A DNA stretch of 59,741 bases, counting the filler. It is 10 parts of 10 records of this genome, joined end to end, with 100 filler letters (N's around TTAATTAATTAA, not from the genome) between each part and the next. Parts side by side here need not be neighbours in the genome. Positions count along the whole stretch, not along the records: positions 42,465 to 48,648 come from SRR31147125_210988; positions 48,749 to 54,055 come from SRR31147125_212000; positions 54,156 to 59,741 come from SRR31147125_213022; 7 more parts are not named here. One strand, written 5' to 3'. Below are positions 46,983-57,965 of this stretch, one piece after another (position 1 is the first letter of the stretch; each line of letters starts with the position of its first letter). The notes under the pieces are model-generated. The model was not told the DNA's origin. It searched no databases and saw nothing but the letters and a program-made list of their open reading frames with translations. Made by a program: the position numbers and the translations under genes.

Positions 46983-48214
46983 GGCAGGTCTCCCTCAAGC
47001 GTGATGCGCCCAATATCTGCGATTTTCAAATTGGTGACATTGAGATTGCTTATCAGGCTGTCCTGGATGCCCGAAACGGTCGGCATGCCTTCCAATCCGC
47101 CCAGAAAGGAGATGCGCGTGGCCAGTTCCTCGGCTTCCAGCGATGCGCGGATCTCAGCCTCTGCCTTGCGGTGCCAATCGACGAGTTCGCGCAGGAATCG
47201 GCCGTCAGCAATGCCGAGTAAGCGCCCCAGCTCATAGGCTGCTGCATGCGAGATATCTTCCGAGCTGTCCTCTGCCGCTGTCGCACTTACACCGATGAGC
47301 GGGCCGCGATATTTGGCGCTGTTCTTCTCTCCGGAATGCTTCGTGTGCTCGACTTCAAGCCTTCCCTTTTCGTCGAGCAGCCCTTCGGCCGCCGCGCCGC
47401 CGCCAAAGGGCGCAAGATCGAGATTGGCCGCGAGCTGCTCGAACGTGCCACTCGCACCGGTTGAGGCAAAGCGCCAACTGTGCAGCAAGATCATTGCGGG
47501 CGGCTGGCCCCCGTCTGGAATATCCCAGATATCGTCCCGCGCCTCCAGCGAGACGAGGCAAGCCATATAGTTATTCTCCTCGTCAAGCAGGTTGACAACC
47601 GGCAGTCTGTTGCTGGAAAGAACCGAGAACCAGCCATCATCATCCTTTCCCGCAAGGGCCGTGTCTGCAAGATTGACTTGCCGCACATGGGCCAGCAGGC
47701 TGATTTCCAGCCTTCGCGGAATAATCTTTCGGAAGGTGTCCAGCTCCCGTACCTTGAGCACCGAAATGGCCGGATCGCCATCGATCGGGTTCATATTTTG
47801 TAACTTGGTGACGATCGCGGCGGGCAGTTTCTGGCTGAGCGGCCCGCTTTCAATATTCGCCTCATCCTCGCGCAGCAGCAACAGCGCCATCCAGGGCTTG
47901 TCCCCGCTGGTGCCATTTTCGCTGATGTGGCGCTCCCACGGCAGAGTCCGCCGCCCGAGCGAAATATGCGGCAAACGCTCGGCAAAGGCACCCTTGGCAC
48001 CGGGTGGCGGGAAACAGTCGGTAATTTCATTCGGATCAAGCGTGAAACGCGGGGCATAAACCTTGAAATGCGAATGCTGGTCGGCGGGCGCTGGCAGGGC
48101 AGAGCCATCGTCCGAAATATCAAGACCGGATGTCACGCGATAAAGCCCTGCTACAAGATCGGGTATCACGGCATCATGCAGCTTCATGCCACCAATTTTG
48201 GGAGGATTGCTCAT
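46979..48214 (-). CDS. Hypothetical protein (411 aa)
   Basis: ATGA overlaps on both sides; PRFTLDP, LPHISLGRRTLPWER, PWMALLLL, LLAHVRQV, CLVSLE, YRGPL, SHAAAYELGRLL. Confidence 0.85.
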   Translation of the reverse strand: MSNPPKIGGMKLHDAVIPDLVAGLYRVTSGLDISDDGSALPAPADQHSHFKVYAPRFTLDPNEITDCFPPPGAKGAFAERLPHISLGRRTLPWERHISENGTSGDKPWMALLLLREDEANIESGPLSQKLPAAIVTKLQNMNPIDGDPAISVLKVRELDTFRKIIPRRLEISLLAHVRQVNLADTALAGKDDDGWFSVLSSNRLPVVNLLDEENNYMACLVSLEARDDIWDIPDGGQPPAMILLHSWRFASTGASGTFEQLAANLDLAPFGGGAAAEGLLDEKGRLEVEHTKHSGEKNSAKYRGPLIGVSATAAEDSSEDISHAAAYELGRLLGIADGRFLRELVDWHRKAEAEIRASLEAEELATRISFLGGLEGMPTVSGIQDSLISNLNVTNLKIADIGRITLEGDLP

Positions 48215-48648
48215 GATATGATCTCCAGTTTGATTTCGGGGGCTTTGACGGCTCGATGGAGTTTGGGCGACAGGCGGACGAAATCGTTAGCCGCCAGCCG
48301 GTCCCTGATGGCATACGGCCGCTCGTCCAGCGCAATGATGGCTGAAATGGTCCAGCCCTCTGCTCCGCTCACCGCAACGCTGAGAGCCAGCATGTCGGCT
48401 GGCACTTGCAACGGATAAACAAGCTCGATTCGGTCACCCTTGTTCACCTGGCTGCGGGTGCCAGCCACATTGCCGGGAATGTCGATCCGCACAAAATCCA
48501 GATCGGCGGCATCATTCAGCCGGTCCAGCCGGATCAGCAAGCTCTCGGGCGCGGCGCCTGCCTTCCAGCTCAGACGCGTGGTCACTTCATTCAAAGACTT
48601 TAGCAGCTTGACGGCGGCAAAGCTTTGCCTCGGGCGGCCACCGAAGCG
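48211..48648 (-). CDS. C-terminal end of a hypothetical protein, 5' truncated
   Basis: Frame open to the contig edge; stop overlaps the next start (ATGA). Confidence 0.7.
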   Translation of the reverse strand, partial: RFGGRPRQSFAAVKLLKSLNEVTTRLSWKAGAAPESLLIRLDRLNDAADLDFVRIDIPGNVAGTRSQVNKGDRIELVYPLQVPADMLALSVAVSGAEGWTISAIIALDERPYAIRDRLAANDFVRLSPKLHRAVKAPEIKLEIIS

Positions 48649-48748
48649 NNNNNNNNNNNNNNNNNNNNNNNNNNNNNNNNNNNNNNNNNNNNTTAATTAA
48701 TTAANNNNNNNNNNNNNNNNNNNNNNNNNNNNNNNNNNNNNNNNNNNN

Positions 48749-49119
48749 GCGCTGGACGGGTCGATGGCGAGAACCGCGACCCGGTGGCCGCGCTCGGTGA
48801 GCATCGTGCCGAAGCTCTCGATGAAGGTCGACTTGCCGGCACCGGGAACCCCGGTAATGCCGAGCCTGACAGCGTTACCGGTTTGCGGCAGCAGTTTCTC
48901 GATGATCGTGGCTGCCAGTTCCTGATGGGCGGGCAGGGCGCTCTCGATCAGTGTGATGGTGCGGGAGAGCATCAGCCGGTTGGCATCGAGCACTCCCTGG
49001 ATGTAGTATTCCGGATCCTTCTGCATGGGCGGACGTGAAAAAAGGCTGATCTGATGATGGGGCGTGTTCGGTGAATCGTTGCAAAGCGGAAGGAGGGTGT
49101 GTTCCTCCTCCCGCTTCAT
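48749..49119 (-). CDS. meaB: Methylmalonyl-CoA mutase-associated GTPase, 3' truncated
   Basis: LSRTITLIES, GITGVPGAGKST, AVLAIDPSS; true start may be 49026. Confidence 0.9.
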
Positions 49120-49140
49120 TTCTCTCTGATATCGATGGTT

Positions 49141-51276
49141 TTACGCCGGGCCCTCGATCAGGTCAAGGGTTTTGTTGGCGGAAACGATGATTGACGTACC
49201 GGGGCCGAATACCGCGTCGACCCCGCGTTCATGCAGGTAATCATAGTCTTTCGGCGGGATGATGCCGCCGGCTACGACCTTGATGTCGTCGCCGCCCTGT
49301 TTCTTAAGCTCCTCCACCAGTCCGGGCACCAGCGTCTTGTGACCCGCAGTAAGACTCGATGCGCCGACGACGTGAACATCGTTTTCGATCGCCATCTTCG
49401 CGGCCTCCTGCGGTGTCTGGAAGAGCGGACCGATATCGACGTCGAAGCCGATGTCGGCGTACGCACTGGCGATCACCTTGATGCCTCTGTCGTGGCCGTC
49501 CTGCCCCATTTTGGTGACGAGCATGCGGGGGCGCCTGCCGTTGGTTTTTAGGAAATTCTCCGTACGTTCACGCAGCTGGGAGAGGTCGTTAGAATCGGAT
49601 GCAAACTCGGATGCGTACGCTCCGGAGATGCACCGGGTGTTGGCGACGTAGCGACCGAAGACCCTCTCCATCGCATCGGATACTTCGCCGATGGTGGCGC
49701 GGGCACGGATCGCCGGCAGCGCCGCCTCGAGCAGATTGCCTCCTTCCTCGGCAGTTCTGGTCAGATTCGCGAGAGCCGCTTCGACGACCGCAGCATCGCG
49801 GGTTTTCCTGATCTGATTGATGCTGGCGACCTGCTCATCGCGGACCGAGGCCGGTACCTCCCGGATCTCGAAATCGATCTCCTCGTCCTTGAGTTGGTAT
49901 TTGTTCACACCGACGATCACGTCGAGCCCCTGGTCAATGCGGGCTTGCTTGCGGGCTGCCGACTCCTCAATGCGCATCTTCGGCATGCCGGATTCGATTG
50001 CCTTGGCCATGCCGCCCAACTCCTCCACCTCGTCGATGATCTTCATTGCCTCTTCGACGATGGAGTTAGTGAGTGACTCAACGTAATAGGAACCGCCGAG
50101 CGGGTCGATCACATGGCAGATCTCAGATTCCTCCTGCAGTATGATCTGGGTGTTGCGGGCGATGCGTGCGGAGAAGTCGGTGGGCAGCCCGATCGCTTCG
50201 TCGAACGAGTTCGTGTGCAGCGATTGGGTGCCGCCCAGCACCGAGGTGAGTGCCTCGAGGGTGGTGCGGATCACGTTGTTGTAAGGATCCTGCTCTGTGA
50301 GGCTCCAGCCCGATGTCTGGCAGTGGGTTCGCAGCATCGACGAGCGCGGGTTCTTCGGGCTGAACTGCTGCATCAGATTGTGCCACAGGAGGCGGGCCGC
50401 CCTGAGCATCGCGATATCCATGAAGAAGTTCATCCCGATGCCGAAGAAAAATGACAGCCGAGGTGCGAAGTCGTCGACGTCCATCCCGGCCGTAAGCGCG
50501 GTGCGCACGTACTCGAGCCCGTCGGCCATCGTGAAGGCGACCTGCAGAACCGAGTTCGCCCCCGCTTCCATCATGTGGTAGCCGCTGATGGAAATGGTGT
50601 TGTAGCGCGGCATGTTCTTCGAGCAGAAGGAGATGATGTCGGACACGATGCGCATCGACGGCGTCGGCGGGTAGATGAATGTGTTCCTGGTCAGGTACTC
50701 TTTCAGGATATCGTTCTGGATCGTGCCGGTGAGCTGCTCGTGGGCGACGCCCTGCTCCTCGGCGGCGACGATATAGCTCGCCAGGATCGGGATCACCGCA
50801 CCGTTCATCGTCATCGACACCGACATCTTGTCCAGCGGGATGCCGTCGAAGAGGTTCTTCATGTCCTCCACCGAATCGATTGCGACGCCGGCCTTGCCGA
50901 CATCACCGGTGACGCGGGGGTGATCCGAGTCATAGCCTCGGTGGGTGGCCAGGTCGAAGGCGACCGAGAGGCCTTTCTGCCCCGCCGCGAGCGCCTTGCG
51001 GTAGAAGTCGTTGGATTCCTTGGCGGTCGAGAATCCGGCGTACTGCCGAATCGTCCACGGGCGACCCGCATACATCGTGGCCATCGGCCCACGCATGTAT
51101 GGAGCGAGGCCCGGAAGAGTGTTTGCGCCCTCGATCCCCTCGAGGTCTTCCGCGGTATAGAGCGGCTTCACCCCGATTCCCTCTGGCGTCTGCCAGTTGA
51201 GCGACTCGAGCGGTTTGCCTTTCATCAGCTTGGTGGCGAGTTCCTGCCACTGCTGATAGTCTTTATGGTGTGCCAT
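49141..51276 (-). CDS. scpA: Methylmalonyl-CoA mutase (B12-dependent)
   Basis: [36 protein letters not shown]. Confidence 0.96.
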   Translation of the reverse strand: MAHHKDYQQWQELATKLMKGKPLESLNWQTPEGIGVKPLYTAEDLEGIEGANTLPGLAPYMRGPMATMYAGRPWTIRQYAGFSTAKESNDFYRKALAAGQKGLSVAFDLATHRGYDSDHPRVTGDVGKAGVAIDSVEDMKNLFDGIPLDKMSVSMTMNGAVIPILASYIVAAEEQGVAHEQLTGTIQNDILKEYLTRNTFIYPPTPSMRIVSDIISFCSKNMPRYNTISISGYHMMEAGANSVLQVAFTMADGLEYVRTALTAGMDVDDFAPRLSFFFGIGMNFFMDIAMLRAARLLWHNLMQQFSPKNPRSSMLRTHCQTSGWSLTEQDPYNNVIRTTLEALTSVLGGTQSLHTNSFDEAIGLPTDFSARIARNTQIILQEESEICHVIDPLGGSYYVESLTNSIVEEAMKIIDEVEELGGMAKAIESGMPKMRIEESAARKQARIDQGLDVIVGVNKYQLKDEEIDFEIREVPASVRDEQVASINQIRKTRDAAVVEAALANLTRTAEEGGNLLEAALPAIRARATIGEVSDAMERVFGRYVANTRCISGAYASEFASDSNDLSQLRERTENFLKTNGRRPRMLVTKMGQDGHDRGIKVIASAYADIGFDVDIGPLFQTPQEAAKMAIENDVHVVGASSLTAGHKTLVPGLVEELKKQGGDDIKVVAGGIIPPKDYDYLHERGVDAVFGPGTSIIVSANKTLDLIEGPA

Positions 51277-51318
51277 AGTATGCTCCTTCTCAGAGATTCG
51301 GGCCGGTATGCTCGCCGG

Positions 51319-51723
51319 TTATGAACGCTCGCACAGCTCCACGAGGATGCCGCCAGTTGCCTTGGGATGCAGAAATGCGATTCGGGCGCCGCCTGCCCCG
51401 CGCCGGGGAGTCTGATCGATCAACTGGATACCCTTTTCCTTGAGTTCGGCGAGCGCCGCATCGATGTCTGCAACACGAAAGGCGACATGCTGGAACCCGG
51501 TTCCCTTCTTTTCGATAAACTTCGCAACCGGCCCGTCCGGTGCCGTCGACTCCAGAAGCTCGACCTCGCTCTCTCCCACCGGAAAAAACGCCGTGTTCAC
51601 CCTCTGTTCGGCAACCGTCTCCGCTCCCTCGAAGGAGAGGCCGAGGACGTCGGACCAGAAGTTTTTGCCTTCATCGATGCTGTTTACCGCGATTCCGAGG
51701 TGGTCGATTTTCAATATCTCCAT
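51319..51723 (-). CDS. mce: Methylmalonyl-CoA epimerase
   Basis: IDHLGIAV, ELLE, QHVAF, FLHPKATGGILVEL; GGAG RBS. Confidence 0.93.
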   Translation of the reverse strand: MEILKIDHLGIAVNSIDEGKNFWSDVLGLSFEGAETVAEQRVNTAFFPVGESEVELLESTAPDGPVAKFIEKKGTGFQHVAFRVADIDAALAELKEKGIQLIDQTPRRGAGGARIAFLHPKATGGILVELCERS

Positions 51724-51757
51724 GATGCTCCTCCAGGGTTGTCTGCCGGTTCGCCTG

Positions 51758-52366
51758 TCAGTGTTTATCGTTGTTTTGGTAGTGCGGGTTGAGCATGCCT
51801 CGCCAGACCATTTCAAACAGGGTGTTGGCCTGATCCGAAAGGCTTCCCTGTTGCCCCCGCAGTATCCACATGAAAAATGAGCGCTGCACGAATCCCATCA
51901 GGAAGTCGAGCAGGGTTCCGGCACGCACGTCGGGATTAAGGATTCCCTCCTTCTGCCCCTGTTGCAATACATCGATCATCAGTCCCATCATCCGCGGCTG
52001 GGCGAAGGTCTGGTCGCGCATCCAGGTGTTCATCGGCAGGGTCATGAAGACGATGCGGCCGAGACCGACATGCCGCTCGTAGTAGTCGAGCTGCAGCCAG
52101 AACACCTTGCGCAGTTTCTCCTTCAGATCCTCGATCCCCTGCAGGTGATCGACGATGCGGTCGGTGAGCTTCCCCATCCACACGTCGACGAACGCGAACA
52201 CCAGGCGCTCCTTGCTGCCGTAGTGCTTGTAGATGGTCGTGAAACTGACACCAGCCCGCTCGGCGATATCGCGTATGCTGGCCTTGTGGAAGTCGGAGCT
52301 GGAGAAGATCTCCAGCACCGCCTTCTCCAGCCGCTGATGGACGTCGGGGTGGAATGCTTCTGCCAT
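51758..52366 (-). CDS. TetR-family transcriptional regulator
   Basis: SIRDIAERAGVSFTTIYKHYGSKE helix-turn-helix. Confidence 0.92.
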   Translation of the reverse strand: MAEAFHPDVHQRLEKAVLEIFSSSDFHKASIRDIAERAGVSFTTIYKHYGSKERLVFAFVDVWMGKLTDRIVDHLQGIEDLKEKLRKVFWLQLDYYERHVGLGRIVFMTLPMNTWMRDQTFAQPRMMGLMIDVLQQGQKEGILNPDVRAGTLLDFLMGFVQRSFFMWILRGQQGSLSDQANTLFEMVWRGMLNPHYQNNDKH

Positions 52367-52399
52367 GATCAGTTCGTTGTCCCGGAGTTAATCGTGCGG

Positions 52400-54055
52400 T
52401 CATCCGATAACACAGAGAACCGCTCCCTTGGTGATCGAGTCGCCGCTGTCGAAGTCGATTGCTTTGATGGTCCCGTCACACGGTGACGGAAGCGCGTTTT
52501 CCATCTTCATTGCCTCGAGAACGACGATGGTGTCTCCTTTCTTCACCTCGTCGCCGACCTTGCTCTCGTACTTGACGATCATGCCGGGCATCGGTGCGAG
52601 CAGCAGGGTGCCGGACGGTGAGGCTGCCGGTGCAGCGGCCTGCTGGGTCGGTGCTGCAGGGGCCGCCGGCGCGGGTGCGGCAGGTGCCGGAGCAATAGGT
52701 GCTGCCGGCGTAGCTGAGATGATCGGGGGGCCGCCGACCGGGTCCACGTCCACGCTGAAATACTCGTTGTCGACGAATACGTTGAAGGTCCTCGATGCTT
52801 CACTCTTCGCAGGCGTGTCGGGTTTGCGCTCGATCAGCTCACCGGCCTTGGCCTTCTTCATGATCTCGTCTTTTTCCCGAACCTGCTCCATAGTGATCGG
52901 CTTCACATTGTCCGGTGCCTCGCTGATCCCGTACTTCCATTCGAGGAATTTCTTCCCGGTGACCGGGAACTGGGCGTACAGGATCACATCGTCGAGATCT
53001 TTGGCGAGATCACCGACTGCTGCCTTGGCGGCTTCGAGTTCCGGTTCGAGGACCTCTGCCGGCCGGCAGGTGATCAGTTCTTCTCCGCGCGGGTATCCCT
53101 TGAGCGCCTTCTGCTGTACTTCGGGATTGATCGGGGTGGCAGTCTTGCCGTAGAGCCCGTAGCAGAGATCCTTCACCTGGCCGGTAATCATTTTGTAGCG
53201 TTCGTCTGGAGTGTCGTGCAGCACGTTGTTTACCGTCTGTACGCCGACGATCTGCGATGTCGGGGTGACCAGCGGGATCTGGCCGAGGTCCTTGCGAACC
53301 CTCGGCAGCTCCTTGTACACCTCATCGATCTTGTCCAGCGCGTCCATTTCCCGGAGCTGGTTGACCAGGTTGGAGAGCATACCGCCCGGTGTCTGGTGGA
53401 GCAGTACGTTGATATCGATGATCGAGATCTTCGAATCATCGAGTAGGTGCTTGTATTTGGGTAATACCTCTTTTTCGAGGATGTCGTTTATTTCCGCCAG
53501 TTTCCTGATGTCGAATCCGGTATCGCGGTTGGTGCCGAGCAGGGTCATCACCAACGGCTCGACTGCCGCGTGCGAGGTCCGGTACGCGTACGGCGTCATG
53601 CAGGTGTCGATGATATCGACGCCCGCCTCGATGGCCTTGAGATGCGTCATTGCCGACATGCCGGAGGTGAAGTGGCTGTGCAGGTGCAGCGGGATCGATA
53701 CCGCCTCCTTCATTGCCTTGATCAGATTGTACGCGTCGTAGGGCGACAGCAGGCCCGCCATATCCTTGATACAGATCGAGTCGGCGCCCATCGACTCGAG
53801 GTCCGTGGCCTTGCTGATATAGTATTGCAGGTTGTACACTTCCCCGCCCAGGCGCGGCTCGGTCATCGTGTAACAGATACATCCCTGGAAGTGCTTGTCA
53901 CACTTCTTGATCTGGGAGACCACCGTCTCGAAATTGCGGTAATCGTTGAGAGCGTCGAAGGTGCGGAAAATATCCATGCCGTTTTCAGCGGCGCGTTCGA
54001 CGAAGGCCAGGGCCAGGTCGTCGGCGTAGTTGCGGTAGCCGACCAGGTTCTGGGC
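52400..54055 (-). CDS. Biotin-dependent carboxyltransferase (pyruvate carboxylase B / OadA type) with biotinyl domain, 5' truncated
   Basis: IKDMAG, HLHSH, HQTPGGMLSNL, PLVTPTSQIVG, Ala/Pro linker, EAMKM. Confidence 0.92.
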   Translation of the reverse strand, partial: AQNLVGYRNYADDLALAFVERAAENGMDIFRTFDALNDYRNFETVVSQIKKCDKHFQGCICYTMTEPRLGGEVYNLQYYISKATDLESMGADSICIKDMAGLLSPYDAYNLIKAMKEAVSIPLHLHSHFTSGMSAMTHLKAIEAGVDIIDTCMTPYAYRTSHAAVEPLVMTLLGTNRDTGFDIRKLAEINDILEKEVLPKYKHLLDDSKISIIDINVLLHQTPGGMLSNLVNQLREMDALDKIDEVYKELPRVRKDLGQIPLVTPTSQIVGVQTVNNVLHDTPDERYKMITGQVKDLCYGLYGKTATPINPEVQQKALKGYPRGEELITCRPAEVLEPELEAAKAAVGDLAKDLDDVILYAQFPVTGKKFLEWKYGISEAPDNVKPITMEQVREKDEIMKKAKAGELIERKPDTPAKSEASRTFNVFVDNEYFSVDVDPVGGPPIISATPAAPIAPAPAAPAPAAPAAPTQQAAAPAASPSGTLLLAPMPGMIVKYESKVGDEVKKGDTIVVLEAMKMENALPSPCDGTIKAIDFDSGDSITKGAVLCVIG

Positions 54056-54741
54056 NNNNNNNNNNNNNNNNNNNNNNNNNNNNNNNNNNNNNNNNNNNNT
54101 TAATTAATTAANNNNNNNNNNNNNNNNNNNNNNNNNNNNNNNNNNNNNNNNNNNNCTTCGGTAAAAGACACCGCTCTCCAGGGTTCTCCGTTTAAAATTT
54201 ACCATATACATTCGATCAACCGCAGAAGCGATAGTGAACAATGGCAGCTTGTGAATAGTCGGTGCCGGATGATTCGGGAAGCGCATTGGCCAATCACCTG
54301 GAACAGCAATACGACAATCCCCTACCAACGCGACAAAGATCAGGTCTCCGGTTCTATCCAGGTCCTCCCCCCGAACCGCAAACCGTCGCGAAAAATAACC
54401 ATATTCTCATTTGACCGTCAACACTATATTATGTTCCGCTCTGCAGAATCACCGTTCTGCCACACAAGTACGGCTCTCTTCCGACAGGGCCCCATCACTT
54501 GTAATACGTATTACCAGTTACATCATGATTAAAGTTCGATTTTAAGTCAAGTTAAATTTCACGTTTTGCCTTCGTGCCATAATCACCAGAAATACGGCGT
54601 CTTCCCCGGTCCTGGAACTGGGCGAAAAGAGTGCACCCTGTATCCCACCAAATCGCGTCCATAATGTACCTGAGATAGTGGCGGTAGCTTTATCGATGCG
54701 CAGCAGAGTCCGACCTGTTCAGAATCAGGCAACCGCCGGTT

Positions 54742-55950
54742 TCAAAAATCGCGTGCATCAGTGCGGCACACGACGGCATCGGCACGTCCGGTGATGTGCG
54801 GCAGCAGTTCCATCCCAAGCCCCGGTCCTTCCGGCGGACGCAATAAGCCGTCTTGCATGATCGGCAATGCCGTCGCTACTTCATTGAACCAGCCACCGTT
54901 ATAGAACGCGCGGACGCTCTCCTGAATTAAGCCGTTCGGTTCGTGCACCGACATATGCGTCGCCGCCGTGTAAATGACCGGACCGGTGCAGTCGTGCGGG
55001 GCAAACGGCAGGTGATGCGCGTGTGCCATCTGCGCAACCGAATGAGCCTCCGTGATTCCACCAACCCAGCCGATATCGAGCATCACGATATCGACGGCAC
55101 GGGCCTCGATGAGATCACTGAATCCCCAGCGGCCGGCGATGGTCTCGCTGGCGGTCACCGGAATCCTGGTCTGAGCCTTGAATTCACCGATCGTGGCCAA
55201 CCGGTCCATGCGAATCGGGTCCTCGATCCAGAACACATCGAATTCCTCCAGCGCCCGTGAGATTTTTACCGCGGTCGGCAGGTTCCACAGGGAGTGGCAC
55301 TCGAGCATGATATCCATTTTGTCGCCCACCGCGTTACGGATCTTCTCAAACGGTTCAAGTCCGTGCCGCAGATCTGGACCCGATATGGAGAGCCCTCCCG
55401 TTGCCTCAGCATATCGGTCGAGCGGCCAGATCTTCATCGCGGTGATCCCCTGCTCGAGCAGACTCTGGGCAAGCTCGCCCGCGTTGGTGAGGAATCCGTC
55501 AAGATCCTCGTAAGGGCCGAGTGTCTCTCCCACTCCCCAGTTTGCTATGCGCTGTCCGCTGTTCGACCGGATGTAGCGGTATCCGGCGCAGGTATTGTAT
55601 GTCCTGACCCAATCCCGAGTACGACCGCCGAGCAGCTGATACAGGGGTTGGTCCGTGGCTTTGCCCCAGAGGTCCCACAGCGCGACGTCAATCGCCGACA
55701 GCCCTCTCATCTCAGCCCCTGAACCGCGAATTCCGCAATACCCCTGCATCTTCTGATGCAGGAAGGTAATCCGTCGCGGATCTTCGCCGATCAGGAGAGG
55801 AGCCGCCGTTTCATGAATCCATGCCTCGACGGTCCGGGGACCGAAAAAGGTCTCACCGAGACCCGTCAGGCCCTCGTCAGTTTCGACAAAAATCCACAGG
55901 AGATTGCCGAACTCTTCCAGCCGTAACGTCTCAATCGCCGTAATTTTCAT
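54742..55950 (-). CDS. Mandelate racemase / muconate lactonizing enzyme family protein
   Basis: SAIDVALWDLWGK, WIEDP, ASET, GGITE, PHDC, GPGLG. Confidence 0.9.
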   Translation of the reverse strand: MKITAIETLRLEEFGNLLWIFVETDEGLTGLGETFFGPRTVEAWIHETAAPLLIGEDPRRITFLHQKMQGYCGIRGSGAEMRGLSAIDVALWDLWGKATDQPLYQLLGGRTRDWVRTYNTCAGYRYIRSNSGQRIANWGVGETLGPYEDLDGFLTNAGELAQSLLEQGITAMKIWPLDRYAEATGGLSISGPDLRHGLEPFEKIRNAVGDKMDIMLECHSLWNLPTAVKISRALEEFDVFWIEDPIRMDRLATIGEFKAQTRIPVTASETIAGRWGFSDLIEARAVDIVMLDIGWVGGITEAHSVAQMAHAHHLPFAPHDCTGPVIYTAATHMSVHEPNGLIQESVRAFYNGGWFNEVATALPIMQDGLLRPPEGPGLGMELLPHITGRADAVVCRTDARDF

Positions 55951-56256
55951 ATATACGCTCCTGCGTTGACTTTGATTGTATCAAGACCGCTGCGACAGCC
56001 CCTTTCAGGCCGAGTGAGACGATCCATGCCCACACGGTTCATTCACGCTGGCACCTTTCACGCGAGACCTGGCAAGGCTTATTCGTTCCGGGAAAAGTAA
56101 TGGTAGTAAAAAACTCGCATTTTTTATACATAGTGAGCGTTGGACAACATTCGGTCGGTTATATAAACCCCATCATTACAGGCTTTACCCCGGGTCACCT
56201 GATCGCCCACTTCGATAAACGTACCATATCTTCTCAGGCAGGACACTGTTCACCCC

Positions 56257-57863
56257 ATGAAAAACGGCTCCAATCGCTTTGTAACGCTTTTTTCCCCTAC
56301 TGATAACTGGCTCCGTTTTACCATCATTCTGATGGTCTATGTCATCTGCAAAGGCGTTGTGTATCTGGCTGTCATGCCTCCGTTCGAAGCGTGGGATGAG
56401 TACCAGCATGTCGGTTTCATCAAATACCTGGAGGACCACGATGAACGCCCTGTTTTGAACCGCTCGTTCATCGCACGGGACCTGCTGGAACAGATTGTGG
56501 CCTACCCGGTTCCCGACGCGATGCTTGACCAGATTGCATCAACCGGTGCCGTCGGCTACCAAGACTATTTCACGGCCCTGCCCGCCGTTCCCGAGTACCT
56601 TCCCGAACACGAAGAAGTTCGCCTGTACCAGGCGCAGCACGGAGTTGTTTATTACCGCCTGGCAAGCTTCCTGAGCTCCCCCTTGCCTTCTCGGAACGGT
56701 TATTGGACAAGGTGTTCACATTGAGAGCGATCAACCTCGCTTTCACTGTCTTCAGCTTCGTTCTCATCCTGTGGTTCCTCTCCCGCACCCACGAAAACCG
56801 GGTATCGGCGGCCGCCATCGCGCTGCTCATCTGCTCGCAACCCATCCTGGTGCTCAACGGGGCCCGTGTGGCCAACGACTCTCTGGCCATCGCAACCGGG
56901 ACGCTCGCCATCGTCATAGGACTCACTCCCCAGCTGAGGGTCAAGTTGGTATACGCACTGCTCGCTGGTGCCGCCATAGGAATTTCATGCTGGGCAAAGT
57001 CGATCTCTGCCGTTCTTTTTCCATTCTGGTTCTGTTGCCTGTTTATCGCTTGGATTGACGAAGAAATCTCGCTCAACCGAATGCTTCTCCTCTGCAGCGT
57101 TGCGTTCATATCCGCTCTTGCGATCCTCGCAAACTATTTCCTGTTCAATTTTCAGAACTACGGAAGCCTGTTCGCGATGCAGGAGTCCATCGTCAACCAT
57201 GATCGCAACCGCGGTCTCTTCGATATCTTAACGGCTGCCCCGCCGCTGACCCTCCTCAACGACCTCCTTCTGAAATGGGGGGAGGAGTCGATATGGTCGG
57301 GGGGATGGAGCTTTCTCCGGGTCAGAGATGTGCGCAATATCGTGAAGGTCGTAATGATTGCATGCCTCCTCGGCTGGGCCTTTCGCCTGATACCGGCCGC
57401 GAAGAAGGAGGCCGTTTCCCCCTCACCACAGCGGGTGGCTCTGCTCAGCCTGTGCCTGGTCACCCTGACCAGCCTCGCGTTGAGCTGGCACTACCTGCAG
57501 TCGGCGCTTGCATGGGGTCATGCGACAACCAACGCCTGGTACATCTGCATCAGCCTGCCATTCTTCCTGATATTTATCGCCAATGGTGCCTATCAGTGGT
57601 CTCCCAGATTTGGCTTTGGCGCCGTCGGTATTCTCTCTCTGGTCTATATCTATGCTGATTTCCGCGGTATGATCACCATGATTCATTACTACAGCGGGGA
57701 GGCGTCCGGTATACAGGCCCTGCAACGGCTGGCATCCATCCACCCTGCCTGGCTGGGCACCCCGGTACTGCTCACCGCCGTTTTCATCATGCTGGCAGCT
57801 GCGGTATTGTCACTTGCGATCGTTTTCACCGTCACCTACGCTGCACTGAAACGGACCACCTGA
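56257..57863 (+). CDS. GT-C-type (DUF2142/ArnT-like) membrane protein; frameshift near 56690
   Basis: PPFEAWDEYQH loop, YQAQHGVVYY, VANDSLA, many hydrophobic helices; two adjacent ORFs form one protein. Confidence 0.65.
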
Positions 57864-57965
57864 TGATCGTTTCCAGGGGCATATTTACGCAAAGCTGGTA
57901 AAATATCTCCAGACGACAGCGGCTGAACCTGCCGAAAACGCAACCTGGTAAGGAGGGATCTACGT

